Notes: generated by a model not told the origin, from the sequence alone. A stretch of 64,000 nucleotides of DNA from an uncultured Chloroflexia bacterium (GCA_963766735.1 CAVYBU010000007.1:64001-128000), one strand, 5' to 3'. Positions 9,679-20,347 are shown, counted from the first letter of the stretch. A program made the numbers and translations.

Positions 9679-10446
9679 GTGAACGCGATCAAGGAGCACC
9701 TGCGGGCGATCCCCAGCTGGCAGATCACCCTGGGTGCCGCACTGCTCTTCCTGGGGTTCCTCGTCGCCGCCCAGCTCGCGTCCGAGGGACCCAGGGTCCG
9801 GATCACCAGCCTTGAGCGAACGCCGCTCGTGGAGACCGCGCTTGACCTTCAGGCGCAGCAGGAGGGGCTCAAGCAGCAGATCCTCGACCTCCGCTCGGCG
9901 ATCCAGGACCTGGAGGAGACCGGGCAGGGCGGTGCGGCCATCACGAAGGAGCTCAACGACCGGCTGGAGAACGCGAGGATCGCCGCTGGTCTCGTCCCGA
10001 TGTCGGGACCCGGCATCGTGATCCAGCTGAGCGATGCGACCACGGCCGTGCCACCGGACGGGAACGTCCGTGACTACCTCGCGTCGGGGCGTGACGTCCT
10101 GACGGTGGTCGAGGAGCTGTGGCTGGCCGGCGCGGAGGCCGTCGCGGTCAACGGCGAGCGGGTGACCGTGGCCACGGCGATCGTGGACATCGGCGGCTCG
10201 GTCCTCGTCAACTCGGCCTACGTGACCGCGCCCTACCAGGTGGCAGCGATCGGCCCGGCGGACATGTTCGAGCGCTTGACAGCAGCCGTTGGGTTCGTGG
10301 ACTTCGTGCGGAGCCGGGCCGAGACATTCGGGATCGGGGTGGCATACGCGAGCCCGGAGTCGGTTGACCTGCCAGCCTACGCCGGCTCGATCAACCTCCG
10401 GTACGGGCGGGTGGAGCCCAGCGCCGCGCCGTCGGGGACACCCTGA
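9679..10446 (+). CDS. DUF881 family protein
   Basis: TM and coiled coil, GPGIVIQLSD, ELWLAGAEAVAVNGER, PYQVAAIG. Confidence 0.9.
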   Translation: MNAIKEHLRAIPSWQITLGAALLFLGFLVAAQLASEGPRVRITSLERTPLVETALDLQAQQEGLKQQILDLRSAIQDLEETGQGGAAITKELNDRLENARIAAGLVPMSGPGIVIQLSDATTAVPPDGNVRDYLASGRDVLTVVEELWLAGAEAVAVNGERVTVATAIVDIGGSVLVNSAYVTAPYQVAAIGPADMFERLTAAVGFVDFVRSRAETFGIGVAYASPESVDLPAYAGSINLRYGRVEPSAAPSGTP

Positions 10447-11120
10447 TGCAGCGCGGGTCTGGGCGGATTGCCATGACCGCCCTCCTCCTTCTCCTGGGCT
10501 TCCTCGTCGTGGTCCAGCTGCGCTCCCAGACCACGGATCAGGGCCTCGCGGAATTGTCCGTCCAGGAGCTCACCGAGCTGGTGGCCAACGTCACGACGCG
10601 CAACAACCAGCTCCGGCAGGAGATTGGGACCCTCGAACGACAGCACTCGAGTGTCGCCGCGGCCGTGGATCGCGGCGACACGTCGGCCGTCCAGATGCGC
10701 TCGGACCTTGACCGGGTCCTCGGCTGGTCGGGGGTGCTCGGGGTCTCCGGCCCAGGCGTCCGTGTCGTGGTGGAGGGACCGGTACCGGGCGACGCCGTGG
10801 AGCTGTTGCTCAACGAGCTTCGCAACGCCGGGGCGGAGGCGATCGCGATCGGCGACGTTCGCGTCGTTCCCGGCGTGGTCGTGTTCGGACCCGCTGACGC
10901 TCTCGTCGCCGCCGGGATCCCGCTTGCTGGGCCGCTCGAGATCCTGGCGACCGGCCAGCCGGAATCCCTGGCAGGCTCGCTCGCTCGTACCGGCGGGCCC
11001 ATCGCGCAACTTGCCGCGCGGTATCCGGACGTCAGGATCACGGTCAACGATGCCGATCTCGTGGAGATCCCCCCGACGGATCGCGATCTGAACCCTGCGC
11101 TCGGCCAACCACGGCTCTGA
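10446..11120 (+). CDS. DUF881 family protein
   Basis: [29 protein letters not shown]. Confidence 0.88.
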   Translation: MQRGSGRIAMTALLLLLGFLVVVQLRSQTTDQGLAELSVQELTELVANVTTRNNQLRQEIGTLERQHSSVAAAVDRGDTSAVQMRSDLDRVLGWSGVLGVSGPGVRVVVEGPVPGDAVELLLNELRNAGAEAIAIGDVRVVPGVVVFGPADALVAAGIPLAGPLEILATGQPESLAGSLARTGGPIAQLAARYPDVRITVNDADLVEIPPTDRDLNPALGQPRL

Positions 11121-11151
11121 TCGCCGGACGCCCTCTGCTACCCTCGCCCCA

Positions 11152-11391
11152 ATGACCGGCCACCCCGTGCTCGAGCTCTTCCTGGGCGATGTCGTCCGCC
11201 TCCGGAAACGCCACCCATGCGGCGGCGAGACCTGGCTGGTGGACCGCCTCGGCGCCGACATCGGCCTGCGCTGTGAGACCTGCGGCCGCCGCGTCCTGGT
11301 GACGCGGCCGGCCCTCGAGCGGCGCATCGCGGGCTTCAACCGGCGCGGCGATCCCGCCCTCAGCGCGGCTGTGGGTCCGGTGCGCGCGTGA
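11152..11391 (+). CDS. DUF951 family small Cys-containing protein
   Basis: [29 protein letters not shown]. Confidence 0.9.
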   Translation: MTGHPVLELFLGDVVRLRKRHPCGGETWLVDRLGADIGLRCETCGRRVLVTRPALERRIAGFNRRGDPALSAAVGPVRA

Positions 11392-13028
11392 CGCAGGAGC
11401 CGGCCGGCGTGCTGACGGAGGTCGACGGCCTCGACGAGCCGCTGGAGTCGGCGGGCGCCCTCGACGTCTTCCGGAACCGGCCGTTCCTGCTGCTCTGGCT
11501 CAGCCAGCTGTTCACGCAGATCGGCGGCAACATGGTCCTCTACGGCCTGACCGTCATCGTCCTCGTGACCACGGGCTCCAATACTGTCGTGAGCCTGCTG
11601 ATCCTCACGTTCCTGGTCCCGGCCGTGCTGTTCTCGGCCGTCGCCGGCGTCTACGTCGACCGCCTGGACAAGCGCCACGTGCTGGTGGGGACCAACGTGC
11701 TGCGCGCGGCGTTGTTCGGGATGCTGTGGTTGGCAGGTGACTTCCTGCCCGTCCTCCTGCTGCTCAACGCGCTGATCTCGACGGTGACGGTCTTCTTCGC
11801 ACCGGCCGAGGCATCGATGATCCCGCAGCTCGTGCCCCGCCGCCAGCTGGTCGCCGCGAACGGCATCTTCACCCTCACCCTGAACGCGGCCTTTGCCGTC
11901 GGCTACGCGCTGATGGGTTCGCTGGTGGTGACCCTGGTCGGCGCCCAGGGTCTCATCGTCGTGGTCGCGGTGTTCTACCTGGTGGCCGCCCTGTTCTGCT
12001 GGTGGCTGCCGCCGTCCCCGCCCGTGCGCTATGCCGGCGCGGAAGAGGACCAGGGTGTGATCGACCCGGACGCCGAGGAGGCGATGGGCTCGGTGGTCGG
12101 TCAGCTCCGCGAGGGCGTCGGCTTCATTCGCGAGAACCGGGCGATCAGCTGGTCTCTGCTGTACCTCGGGATCGCCGCCTCGCTCGTCGGGGTGCTGGGC
12201 GTCCTGGGACCGAAGTTCGCGACAGACTCGCTCGGCCTCGAGTACAAGGACTTCGTCGTCGTCGTCCTGCCGCTCGGGTTCGGCATCGTGACCGGGATCC
12301 TGCTGCTCAACTCCTTCGGCCACCTGTTTCCACGCCGCCGGATCATCGAAGGCGGGCTGATCGCCCTGGGCATCTTCGTGCTGCTGATCGTGGCGGCCGG
12401 ACCCATCTCGAGGGTCCTGCAGAACGCGGAGCGCGCGACCGGGCTCGCCACGGCACTCGCCGATTTCACGTCGCTCCTGTCAGTCGTCGTCTTCATCGCG
12501 CTGCTTGCCGGCATGGCCTACGCATGTGTCGCCATTCCTTCCCAGACCCAGTTGCAGGAGGACATCCCGGAGGACGCTCGAGGACGCGTGTTCGGCGTGT
12601 TGAACATGCTGGTCTCCGTGGCGAGCTTCCTTCCGATCATCATCCTCGGATCGATGTCCGACGTGGTCGGGACGCCGAACGTCCTCATCGTCGTGGCGAT
12701 CGCCATTACGACCGCCGGGATCGTCTCGATCGTCCGGCGTGGACCGCTCAGCGCGGCGGAGGCTCGCGCGACGGCACATGGCCCCGCATCACCTGCCGGC
12801 CTGGACCCGGTGGCCGTCGCGACCGCGTCGGAGCTGCTGGACGCCGACGAGAGAAGGGACGCCGACGAGAGAAGGGCAGCCGATGCCCGGGCCCGCGCGG
12901 AGGTCGCCGAGGCCGCTGAGGCTGCGGACCCTGCTGGGCCTGCGGACCCGACCGAGCAAGATGAGCCTGGTGCCGGGGGCCGCGAGGAGCGCGAAGCTGC
13001 GGCAGGCGGTCCCGCGGAAGGCGAATGA
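11388..13028 (+). CDS. MFS transporter (MFS_3/DHA3-like) with acidic C-terminal tail
   Basis: [31 protein letters not shown]; about 12 hydrophobic segments. Confidence 0.9.
   Translation: MTQEPAGVLTEVDGLDEPLESAGALDVFRNRPFLLLWLSQLFTQIGGNMVLYGLTVIVLVTTGSNTVVSLLILTFLVPAVLFSAVAGVYVDRLDKRHVLVGTNVLRAALFGMLWLAGDFLPVLLLLNALISTVTVFFAPAEASMIPQLVPRRQLVAANGIFTLTLNAAFAVGYALMGSLVVTLVGAQGLIVVVAVFYLVAALFCWWLPPSPPVRYAGAEEDQGVIDPDAEEAMGSVVGQLREGVGFIRENRAISWSLLYLGIAASLVGVLGVLGPKFATDSLGLEYKDFVVVVLPLGFGIVTGILLLNSFGHLFPRRRIIEGGLIALGIFVLLIVAAGPISRVLQNAERATGLATALADFTSLLSVVVFIALLAGMAYACVAIPSQTQLQEDIPEDARGRVFGVLNMLVSVASFLPIIILGSMSDVVGTPNVLIVVAIAITTAGIVSIVRRGPLSAAEARATAHGPASPAGLDPVAVATASELLDADERRDADERRAADARARAEVAEAAEAADPAGPADPTEQDEPGAGGREEREAAAGGPAEGE
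12840..12875 (+). repeat. 18-bp tandem duplication (DADERR x2) in the MFS tail
   Basis: GACGCCGACGAGAGAAGG occurs twice, in frame. Confidence 0.8.
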
Positions 13029-14683
13029 ACGTGGCGAGGGCCGATCTGCTCGTCACGGGGCGGATCGCGACCTTTGCGGGTGACGAGGGGCCTGGTTGGG
13101 CCGGGGCCGTGGCGATCGCCGGTGGACGGGTTGTCGCCGCGGGGTCCGGGGCTGACGTCGAAGGGCTGGTGGGCTCCCACACGCGGCGACTGGTGTTGGG
13201 GCCGGACGACGTGGCGGTTCCCGGGCTGACCGACGCACACATCCACCTGGCGGAGGCGGCCCTGGCGCGGCTCCGCGTCAACCTGGACGACACCCGATCA
13301 ATCGGCACGATCCTCGAGCGCGTTCACGAGGCCTCGGTCGGTTCGCCGGACCCGGCTGCCTGGATCGAGGGCGCGGGCTGGGATGCGGACCTGCTGGAGC
13401 GTTGGCCGACGGCAGCCGACCTCGAGCGTGCGGCTCCGGGGCGACTCGTCGTCCTCTGGGCCCACGACCACCACGCGCTGCTGGTCAGCGAGAGGGCTCT
13501 GACGGAGGCTGGGATCGACGGCGATCGTGGCGACCCCGACGGTGGCGTGATCAGGCGTGACGGCGACGGACATGCGACCGGGGTGCTGCACGAGACCGCG
13601 GCGAGGCTCGTCGCCGGACGGGTTCCCGCGCCATCGGGCGCCCGTGTCTCGGCGGCGCTGGTCCCGCTGATCCGGGAGCTCGTCGGGCTGGGCGTCGTGG
13701 CCGCACACGATCCTGGTGGGCTCGCCGAGCGGGACGATCTCCGGGGTCCCTTCGAGGCGTATCGAGGGCTGGCTGCGCTGGGCGAGCTCGGCATGCGCGT
13801 TCACCCGTGCCTGCGCCCGGAGCAACTGGACGCGGCCGAGGCCGAAGGCCTGCGGAGCGGACAACCGCTTGGCCCGGACCCCCTGGACCGCCTGCGGCTG
13901 GGATGGCTCAAGACCTTCGCAGACGGATCGCTCGGGTCACGGACGGCCGCGCTGCTGGAACCGTTGGAGCACCTGCCCGGGGAGCCGGAGCCCCCCAACG
14001 GTGGCTACGGTGTCTGGCTGGTCCCACCTGACGAGCTCCGGGTCCAGGCGGCGCGTGCCGCGGCGCTCGGGATCACCACCCAGATCCATGGGATCGGCGA
14101 CGCGGCGGTCCGGGCCGCGCTGGACGCGCTTGCGCCGACGGTGGGCCGTACGGCCCTGGTGCCTCGGGTGGAGCACACGCAGCTGGTCGGCGACGCGGAC
14201 ATCCCGCGGTTCGTCGCCCTGGGAATCGCCGCGTCGATGCAGCCGGTCCACGTCCGGTCCGACGCGGAGAAGGCACGGCGTCTGTGGGGACCCCGCGCGG
14301 ATGCCCGGGGATATGCCCTCAGGGCGCTCGCGGCCACTGGCGCGCTGATCCCGTTCGGAACCGATGCGCCCGTGGAGCCGGTTGACCCGTGGCCGGGGAT
14401 CGCATGCGCGGTGACTCGATCCGCGCCGTCCTGGCCGGTGGGCACACTCCCCTTCGGCCCGGAGAACCGGCTGGACCTGTGGCGAGCCCTTCGTGCCGCA
14501 TGCCTGGACCCGGCCCTCAGCGCGGGCGAGCGGGATCGCGGCCGGCTGGTGGCGGGGCATCGCGCGGACCTGGTGGTGCTGCCGGCGGCGGCGATTCGCG
14601 AGCCGGTCGAGGTGGATGGGGCGCTCTGGAACGCGAGGCCGCGGCTGGTGCTGATGGATGGCGAGGTCGTCTCCGGCGCCTGA
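13025..14683 (+). CDS. Amidohydrolase 3 family (YtcJ-like)
   Basis: PGLTDAHIH, KTFADGSLGSRTA, HGIGD, RVEHTQ, FGTDAP, ADLVVL. Confidence 0.9.
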   Translation: MNVARADLLVTGRIATFAGDEGPGWAGAVAIAGGRVVAAGSGADVEGLVGSHTRRLVLGPDDVAVPGLTDAHIHLAEAALARLRVNLDDTRSIGTILERVHEASVGSPDPAAWIEGAGWDADLLERWPTAADLERAAPGRLVVLWAHDHHALLVSERALTEAGIDGDRGDPDGGVIRRDGDGHATGVLHETAARLVAGRVPAPSGARVSAALVPLIRELVGLGVVAAHDPGGLAERDDLRGPFEAYRGLAALGELGMRVHPCLRPEQLDAAEAEGLRSGQPLGPDPLDRLRLGWLKTFADGSLGSRTAALLEPLEHLPGEPEPPNGGYGVWLVPPDELRVQAARAAALGITTQIHGIGDAAVRAALDALAPTVGRTALVPRVEHTQLVGDADIPRFVALGIAASMQPVHVRSDAEKARRLWGPRADARGYALRALAATGALIPFGTDAPVEPVDPWPGIACAVTRSAPSWPVGTLPFGPENRLDLWRALRAACLDPALSAGERDRGRLVAGHRADLVVLPAAAIREPVEVDGALWNARPRLVLMDGEVVSGA

Positions 14684-14705
14684 CGGACGACGCTGTCGAT
14701 CCCTG

Positions 14706-15521
14706 TCAGCCGGCGGCGGCAGCCGCACCGCGTTGGCGGCGTGCCTCGTAGAGCAGGACCGCGGCGGTGATCGACACGTTCAGGCTGTCGGCCACGCCCA
14801 GCATCGGGAGGTTGACCGGGATGACCGAGGGGCCGGTCCACACCGTGCTGAGGCCATCCGCCTCGCTGCCCAGGACCAGCGCGAGCGGTCCCCGCAGGTC
14901 CACGTCGGTGTAGGGCGCGTCCGCGTCAACCCGGGCGACCACCAGGTGGATGCCACGCGCGGCGAGGTGGTCGTGGACGGCGTTGCTCGATCCGGAGGCC
15001 ATCGGGACCGCGAAGATCGTCCCGAGCGATGCGCGGATGGCGTTCGGGTTGAAGAGGTCGGTGCGAGGGTCCGCGGCGATGACGGCATCGGCACCCGCGG
15101 CATCGGCCGTCCGCAGCACCGCGCCCAGGTTTCCGGGCTTCTCGATGCCCTCGACGACCACGACCAGCGGTTCCGCCGGGAGGCCGAGGCCCGAGAGAAG
15201 CAGGTCCGGGACGCGGACGACGGCAACGAGTCCCTCGGCGCGATCGCCATAGGCCAGGCGGTCCAGCACGGTGTCGGAGACCGGCGTCACGATCGCACCA
15301 CCGCGCCGCGCCTCGTCGACGGCAGACGCACCCTCGTACCCCAGCCGGTCTTCATTCACGAAGATCTCGGCCACGTCCGCGCCGCCCGCGAGAGCCCGGG
15401 CGAGCTCGCGAACCCCGTCCAGCAGCGTCAGGCCCGCCTGGTCACGCGCACGACGGTCGCGCAGGGCCGCGGCGGCCCGGATGCGAGGGTTCCTCGTGCT
15501 GGTGATCGCGGCGTCGGTCAT
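14706..15521 (-). CDS. TrmH/SpoU family RNA methyltransferase
   Basis: ITSTRNP, KPGNLGAVLRTADAAG, LGSEADGL, DSLNVS. Confidence 0.92.
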   Translation of the reverse strand: MTDAAITSTRNPRIRAAAALRDRRARDQAGLTLLDGVRELARALAGGADVAEIFVNEDRLGYEGASAVDEARRGGAIVTPVSDTVLDRLAYGDRAEGLVAVVRVPDLLLSGLGLPAEPLVVVVEGIEKPGNLGAVLRTADAAGADAVIAADPRTDLFNPNAIRASLGTIFAVPMASGSSNAVHDHLAARGIHLVVARVDADAPYTDVDLRGPLALVLGSEADGLSTVWTGPSVIPVNLPMLGVADSLNVSITAAVLLYEARRQRGAAAAAG

Positions 15522-15548
15522 CGCGGGATCCTCGCAGGCGTGGCCGCG

Positions 15549-16370
15549 TCAGCGGACCGGGCTGTGGGCCCAGGCCCCGAGCGGCAGGCGCGACCCGGCT
15601 CGGCTGTCGAGGGTCAGGGCCTCGCCGGTCGCCGGCACGCCGAAGTGCTCGCGGACGAGCGCCCCGAGTCGGTCCGCGTCGTAGCCTGGGGTGTGGGCGC
15701 TGAGCAGCACGAGCGAGGGGCGTGGCCCGACCAGGGCGGCCAGATCAGTCAGGAGCGGGCCCAGGTGGTCCTCGATCTGCCAGACACCCTCGCCGTGACC
15801 GTACGTGGGCGGATCCAGGACCACGCCGTCATACCGCCGGCCGCGGCGTCGTTCGCGCTTGACAAAGACCCGGGCATCGTCGATGAGCCAGCGGACCGGC
15901 TTGTCCGTCAGCCCGGACAGCTCCGCGTTGTGGCGGGCCCACGCGACGGCGGGTCGCGACGAGTCCACGTGCGCGACGCGGGCACCCGCCCGGGCGCACG
16001 CCAGCGTGGCTCCACCCGTGTAGCCGAAGAGCGAGAGAACCTCCGGCGGGCGGCCGAGGCTCGCCAGCGCTGAACCCACGACCCGCTCAAGCCAGGTCCA
16101 TGTGCCGGCATGCTCGGGGAAGACGCCCAGCTGGCCACCCGCCGCGGGACGGCACTCGAGGGTCAGCCCGCCGACCTGGACCGTCCATGGATCGAGGGCG
16201 GCACCGCGGACCCAGGCGCCCTTGCCCCACTTGAAGCTCGAGCGCTTCCACTCATCGGCAGGCAGCCGCTGGATCCAGTCTGCCGTCGGTGCGGGTCGGT
16301 CGACGATGGCCGCGCCGAATCGCTCCAGGCGCCGGCCGCCGCCACAGTCGAGAAGCTCGAGATCCGCCAC
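15549..16370 (-). CDS. Class I SAM-dependent methyltransferase (RlmI/RlmK-like)
   Basis: ELLDCGGGRRLERFG, GVFPEH, LSLFGYTG, LDPPTYG; GTG start inferred. Confidence 0.85.
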   Translation of the reverse strand: MADLELLDCGGGRRLERFGAAIVDRPAPTADWIQRLPADEWKRSSFKWGKGAWVRGAALDPWTVQVGGLTLECRPAAGGQLGVFPEHAGTWTWLERVVGSALASLGRPPEVLSLFGYTGGATLACARAGARVAHVDSSRPAVAWARHNAELSGLTDKPVRWLIDDARVFVKRERRRGRRYDGVVLDPPTYGHGEGVWQIEDHLGPLLTDLAALVGPRPSLVLLSAHTPGYDADRLGALVREHFGVPATGEALTLDSRAGSRLPLGAWAHSPVR

Positions 16371-16508
16371 GGCCCCATGGTCGCACGCATCGGCGATGGT
16401 TGGCACGAATTGCGGGTGCAACGGTGTCCACGACCGGGAGGTGGTGGCCGACACAGCGATCACCACCCGGGTCTCCCTCTCCGCGGTTCGTGGTATCTTC
16501 CCGGCCGA

Positions 16509-16585
16509 GGGCGATTGGCGCAGTTGGTTAGCGCGCATGCTTGACATGCATGAGGTCACTGGTTCGAATCCAGTATCGCCCACCA
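16509..16585 (+). tRNA. tRNA-Val(GAC)
   Basis: Acceptor GGGCGAT/ATCGCCC, anticodon arm CATGC-TTGACAT-GCATG, GGTTCGAATCC T-arm, encoded CCA; 77 nt. Confidence 0.97.
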
Positions 16586-16610
16586 TCCCCGGCCCTTGGG
16601 TCGAGGCATA

Positions 16611-16847
16611 GCGCGTCGAGCGGGACGCGCCCCACCGGGACGTCGCCAGAGAGCGGGTGCCATCGGCTGCAAGCCCCGCAGACTCGACCGGTGGCGGCAC
16701 CACCCGCGAGCGGCCGGTGAACCGGCCCGGGATCCGCCCGTTAGCGCGGCACGAGCGCACGTCGCCTGGCACCGGTGGCGTGAAGGCGGGTGGAACCGCG
16801 GGAGGTCGAACCTCTCGTCCTGTCAGGACGAGAGGTTCTGTGTTTCT
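16611..16847 (+). promoter_or_regulatory. T-box riboswitch leader of thrS (Thr specifier)
   Basis: Stem I with AGAGA and GGCTGCAAG, specifier ACC at 16699-16701, T-box GGGTGGAACCGCG at 16788-16800, then a terminator hairpin. Confidence 0.9.
16808..16847 (+). terminator. T-box terminator hairpin
   Basis: Perfect 14-bp stem GAACCTCTCGTCCT/AGGACGAGAGGTTC followed by TGTGTTTCT. Confidence 0.8.
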
Positions 16848-16861
16848 CGGGAGCGTTGACG

Positions 16862-18716
16862 ATGGCTGAGGACAAGGCAGGAGCGGCGGTTGCCGCCGAC
16901 GAGGATGAGATCGCGTTCGATGCCCCGGAGCGGGGCTCGGCGGACGAGCTGCTCGACGCGGGCGCCCACGCGCCCATCGACGCCATGCGGCACAGCACGG
17001 CGCACGTGATGGCCGAGGCCGTCCTGACGCTGTTCCCGGGCGCAAAGCTCGGGATCGGGCCGGCGATCGACAACGGCTTCTACTACGACTTCGAGCTGCC
17101 GCGCCCGCTCACGCCGGATGACCTCGCCGCCATCGAAGCCGGGATGCAGGGGAGCGTCGCCGCGGACCACGCCTTCGTGCGGCGCGAGGTCGCGTTCGAC
17201 GAGGGCCGCGCCATCGAGGAGTCGGATGGCCAGGGCTTCAAGGTTGAGATCCTGGACGACCTCGCGAGCAAGGCGGCCGACGCGGCCGAGCCCCTGCCGC
17301 CGGTCACGTTCTACGAGCACGGCCCATTCCGCGACCTGTGCAAGGGCCCACACGTGGGGTCGACCGGCCACATCGGCCCGTTCAAGCTCCTGGCGGTCGC
17401 GGGTGCCTACTGGCGCGGGGACGAGAAGCGGCCGATGCTCCAGCGGATCTACGGCACCGTCTGGGAGACGCAGGACGAGCTGGACCTGTACCTGACCCGC
17501 CGCGAGGAGGCGAAGAAGCGCGACCACCGCAAGCTCGGCGCGCAGCTCGACCTGTACAGCTTCCACGACGTGTCGCCCGGGTCCGCGTTCTGGCATCCAA
17601 AGGGCCAGCGGATCTGGCGAACGCTGGAGACCGCGATGCGCGACCTGCAGGAACGCCGCGGATACGAGGAAGTGTCCACGCCGATCCTCGTCTCCGAGAC
17701 GGCTGTGGCGCCAGTCCGGGCACTGGGACCACTACGCGGACAACATGTTCATCGTCGAATCGGAGGGGCAGAAGTTCAGCCTCAAGCCGATGAACTGCCC
17801 TGAGTCCACGTATATCTACCGGAGCCACCTGCGCTCCTACCGCGACCTGCCGCTGCGTTTCAACGAGTACGGCCGGCTCCACCGCAACGAGCGCTCCGGC
17901 GCGCTCTCCGGCCTGACACGGGTGCGCCAGTTCATCCAGGACGACGCCCACGTCTACGTGCGTCCGGACCAGCTGAGCGAGGAGATCGAGGCCCTGGTCG
18001 GTGAGGTCCGCGAGGCATTCGGATGGTTCGGGCTCAACCCGCGATTCGCGTTCGCCACGCGGCCCGACAAGGCGATCGGCGATCCTGCCCTGTGGGAGAT
18101 GGCCGAGCGCCTGATCAAGGAGGCCCTCGACCGAACCGGCGGCGACTACGTCGTGAAGCCCAAGGACGGCACGTTCTACGCACCCAAGATCGACATCTAC
18201 ATCGACGACGCGCTCGGTCGGGAATGGCAGATGGCCACGATCCAGGTTGACCTCACGATGCTGCCGGAGCGGTTCGACCTGACGTACATCGACGAGGACG
18301 GGCAGCCGAAGCGCCCGATGGCCATCCACCGGGCGATCTACGGCTCGCTGGAGCGGTTCATCGGGATCCTGGTGGAGCACTTCGCCGGGGCGTTCCCGCT
18401 CTGGATCGCGCCCGTGCAGGCGGTGGTCATCCCGATCGCCGATCGCCACGTGGACGCCGCGCGGGAGCTCGCCTCCGAGCTGCGCGCCGCGGGCGTGCGG
18501 TTCGTGGAGGTGGACGCATCCGACAACCGGATGCAGAACAAGATCCGTCTGGCCCAGGGTCAGAAGGTCCCGTACATGCTTATCCTCGGCGACCGCGAAG
18601 TGGAGGCCAGGACAGCGTCCATTCGCAGCCGCGACGGATCGCAGGAGCAGGGCGTTTCCTGGACGGACCTGGCCGTGCGCCTCGGTGACGAGATCCGGGA
18701 GCGGAGCCTGGGGTAG
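16862..18716 (+). CDS. thrS: Threonine--tRNA ligase, split by a +1 frameshift near 17699 (likely sequence error)
   Basis: RHSTAHVMA, DLCKGPH and KRDHRKLG in one frame; SGHW, LKPMNCP, RVRQFIQDDAH and HRAIYGSLERF in the next; removing one A restores VSERLWRQSGHW. Confidence 0.95.
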
Positions 18717-18837
18717 GGGAGGATGATCGCCGGAGCAGGCGTATCGGGGGGCTGACGGGCCCGACCGGGCGCCGGACGGGGAGGCCCCGTACCCCTCCCG
18801 TTCGTTGCGGGCGTTCGAACCCCTGTGCTATCCTCCC

Positions 18838-18872
18838 GCGGCGATTGCGCACGATATTTTGGTGTGCGCCGC
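18838..18872 (+). promoter_or_regulatory. Leader hairpin upstream of infC (possible autoregulatory leader)
   Basis: GCGGC..GCGCAC pairs with GTGTGC-GCCGC just after -10-like TATCCT (18829-18834). Confidence 0.3.
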
Positions 18873-18906
18873 AGTGCCCAAGTCATTCGAGCAGAGGGAC
18901 CACGCC

Positions 18907-19584
18907 ATCAGTCGAGACCTGCGCATCAACCAGATGATCCGTGTCCCCCAGGTCCGGGTCCTCGACGAAGATGGCTCACAGCTCGGTGTCATGGCGACGC
19001 CGCAGGCCATGGAAATGGCACAGGAGCGGGGTCTCGATCTCGTCGAGGTCGCTCCCACGGCAGCCCCACCGGTTGTCAAGTTCCTCGACTATGGCCAGTA
19101 CAAGTACGAGCTGACCAAGCGCGAGAAAGAGGCGAAGCGCAAGCAGCGCTCGGTGGAGTTCAAGGAAGTCCGCCTCTCGCCCAAGATCGGTATCGGCGAT
19201 TTCGAGACCAAGGTTCATCGCGCAATCGAGTTCCTCGAGGATGGCGACCGGATCAAGGTCACCGTCCGCTTCCGCGGCCGGGAGCTCACACATCCCGAAA
19301 TCGGGAGGGCACTCCTTGCCAAGTTCGGCGAGGAGGTCAAGGAGCACGGGACCGTAGACCGGACGCCGGCACTCGAAGGCAAGTCCATGTTCATGACCCT
19401 GCTCTCGGTCCACAAGCCGAAGGTCCACGAGCACCGCAACCCGGCGACGACAGCCAAGGCGCCGACAGCCGAGGCGCGACAGCCGAGGCGCGACAGCGGA
19501 CGCACCAACACCCGACGCACCAACACCCGACGCACCAACACCGAAGGCCAACAAGCCGACGGTCAAGGCAGACACCGCACCTGA
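18907..19584 (+). CDS. infC: Translation initiation factor IF-3; probable ATC start; true stop possibly 19672
   Basis: ISRDLRINQMIR, LDLVEVAP, DYGQYKY, RFRGRE; GAGGG SD 8 nt before ATC. Confidence 0.93.
   Translation: MSRDLRINQMIRVPQVRVLDEDGSQLGVMATPQAMEMAQERGLDLVEVAPTAAPPVVKFLDYGQYKYELTKREKEAKRKQRSVEFKEVRLSPKIGIGDFETKVHRAIEFLEDGDRIKVTVRFRGRELTHPEIGRALLAKFGEEVKEHGTVDRTPALEGKSMFMTLLSVHKPKVHEHRNPATTAKAPTAEARQPRRDSGRTNTRRTNTRRTNTEGQQADGQGRHRT
19459..19546 (+). repeat. Degenerate 14-15 bp tandem repeats in the IF-3 C-terminal tail
   Basis: GCG(C)CGACAGCCGAG-like x3 followed by GCACCAACACCCGAC-like x3. Confidence 0.85.
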
Positions 19585-19679
19585 TAGCCCGGCCGCCGTT
19601 CCGGCCGAAGCCCCGTCCAACCCGACGCCCACCGCCCCGCCGGCGGCCGAGGCGGCGCCAGCAGGAGAGTGAGGCCAGC

Positions 19680-19877
19680 GTGCCGAAGATGAAGACCCAC
19701 AAGGGGACCCAGAAGCGAGTCGGGGTCACCGGCAGTGGGAAGTTCGTTCGCGTGAAGTCCTGGCGTGGACATCATCTCGAGCTCAAGTCGTCGCGCCGCA
19801 CGCGTCGCTACGCGGGCAAGGCGGTCGTCGGCCCCGAGCACCAGGAGCAGCTGCGCCGCCTGCTGCCGTACCTTTAG
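19680..19877 (+). CDS. rpmI: 50S ribosomal protein L35
   Basis: MPKMKTHKG...VTGSGK...RRLLPY; lies between infC and rplT. Confidence 0.95.
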   Translation: MPKMKTHKGTQKRVGVTGSGKFVRVKSWRGHHLELKSSRRTRRYAGKAVVGPEHQEQLRRLLPYL

Positions 19878-19886
19878 GAGCAAGCG

Positions 19887-20237
19887 ATGGCACGCGTCAA
19901 GCGGGGCGTCACGTCCCACAAGCGCCACAAGCGCCTGCTCAATGCCTCTGAAGGCCGGACCGGCACGAACCGCAAGCTGGTCAAGAGGGCGCACGAGGCC
20001 CAGCTGCATGCGCTCGCGTACGCAACCCGGGACCGCAAGCAGCGCAAGCGCGACATGCGCCGGCTGTGGATCATCCGGATCAACGCAGCTGCACGCATGA
20101 ACGGCATCACCTACGGGCATTTCATCAACGGCCTCAGGAAGGCCCACGTCGAGATCGATCGGAAGATCCTGGCCGACCTCGCCGTGCGTGACGCCGCGAC
20201 CTTCGGCAAGATCGCCGAGGTCGCCCGCGGCGCCTGA
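19887..20237 (+). CDS. rplT: 50S ribosomal protein L20
   Basis: [37 protein letters not shown]. Confidence 0.97.
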   Translation: MARVKRGVTSHKRHKRLLNASEGRTGTNRKLVKRAHEAQLHALAYATRDRKQRKRDMRRLWIIRINAAARMNGITYGHFINGLRKAHVEIDRKILADLAVRDAATFGKIAEVARGA

Positions 20238-20347
20238 CCTTCTCGGTCGCCCCGCCCGGACCCTCGACGTCCTCGACGCTCGGGGGTTCGTGATTCACGG
20301 GGCCTGGGCAGCCCACTGGAACCCGCATCGGACCCGGAACCCTGCTG

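Noticed and set aside
16509-16620. tRNA-Val as an integration site for a genomic island
   Set aside because: No integrase nearby and no duplicated tRNA 3' end noticed; housekeeping genes follow directly
17690-17760. Programmed frameshift or natural split of thrS
   Set aside because: No slippery heptamer or stimulatory structure; the break falls in a conserved catalytic-domain segment, and similar indels occur across the window
19459-19546. Possible CRISPR-like repeats
   Set aside because: Head-to-tail 14-15 bp units without spacers, inside a CDS; no cas genes in the window
20238-20347. T-box leader for pheS
   Set aside because: Only 110 bp, with no TGGnACC T-box motif; just a weak GC hairpin
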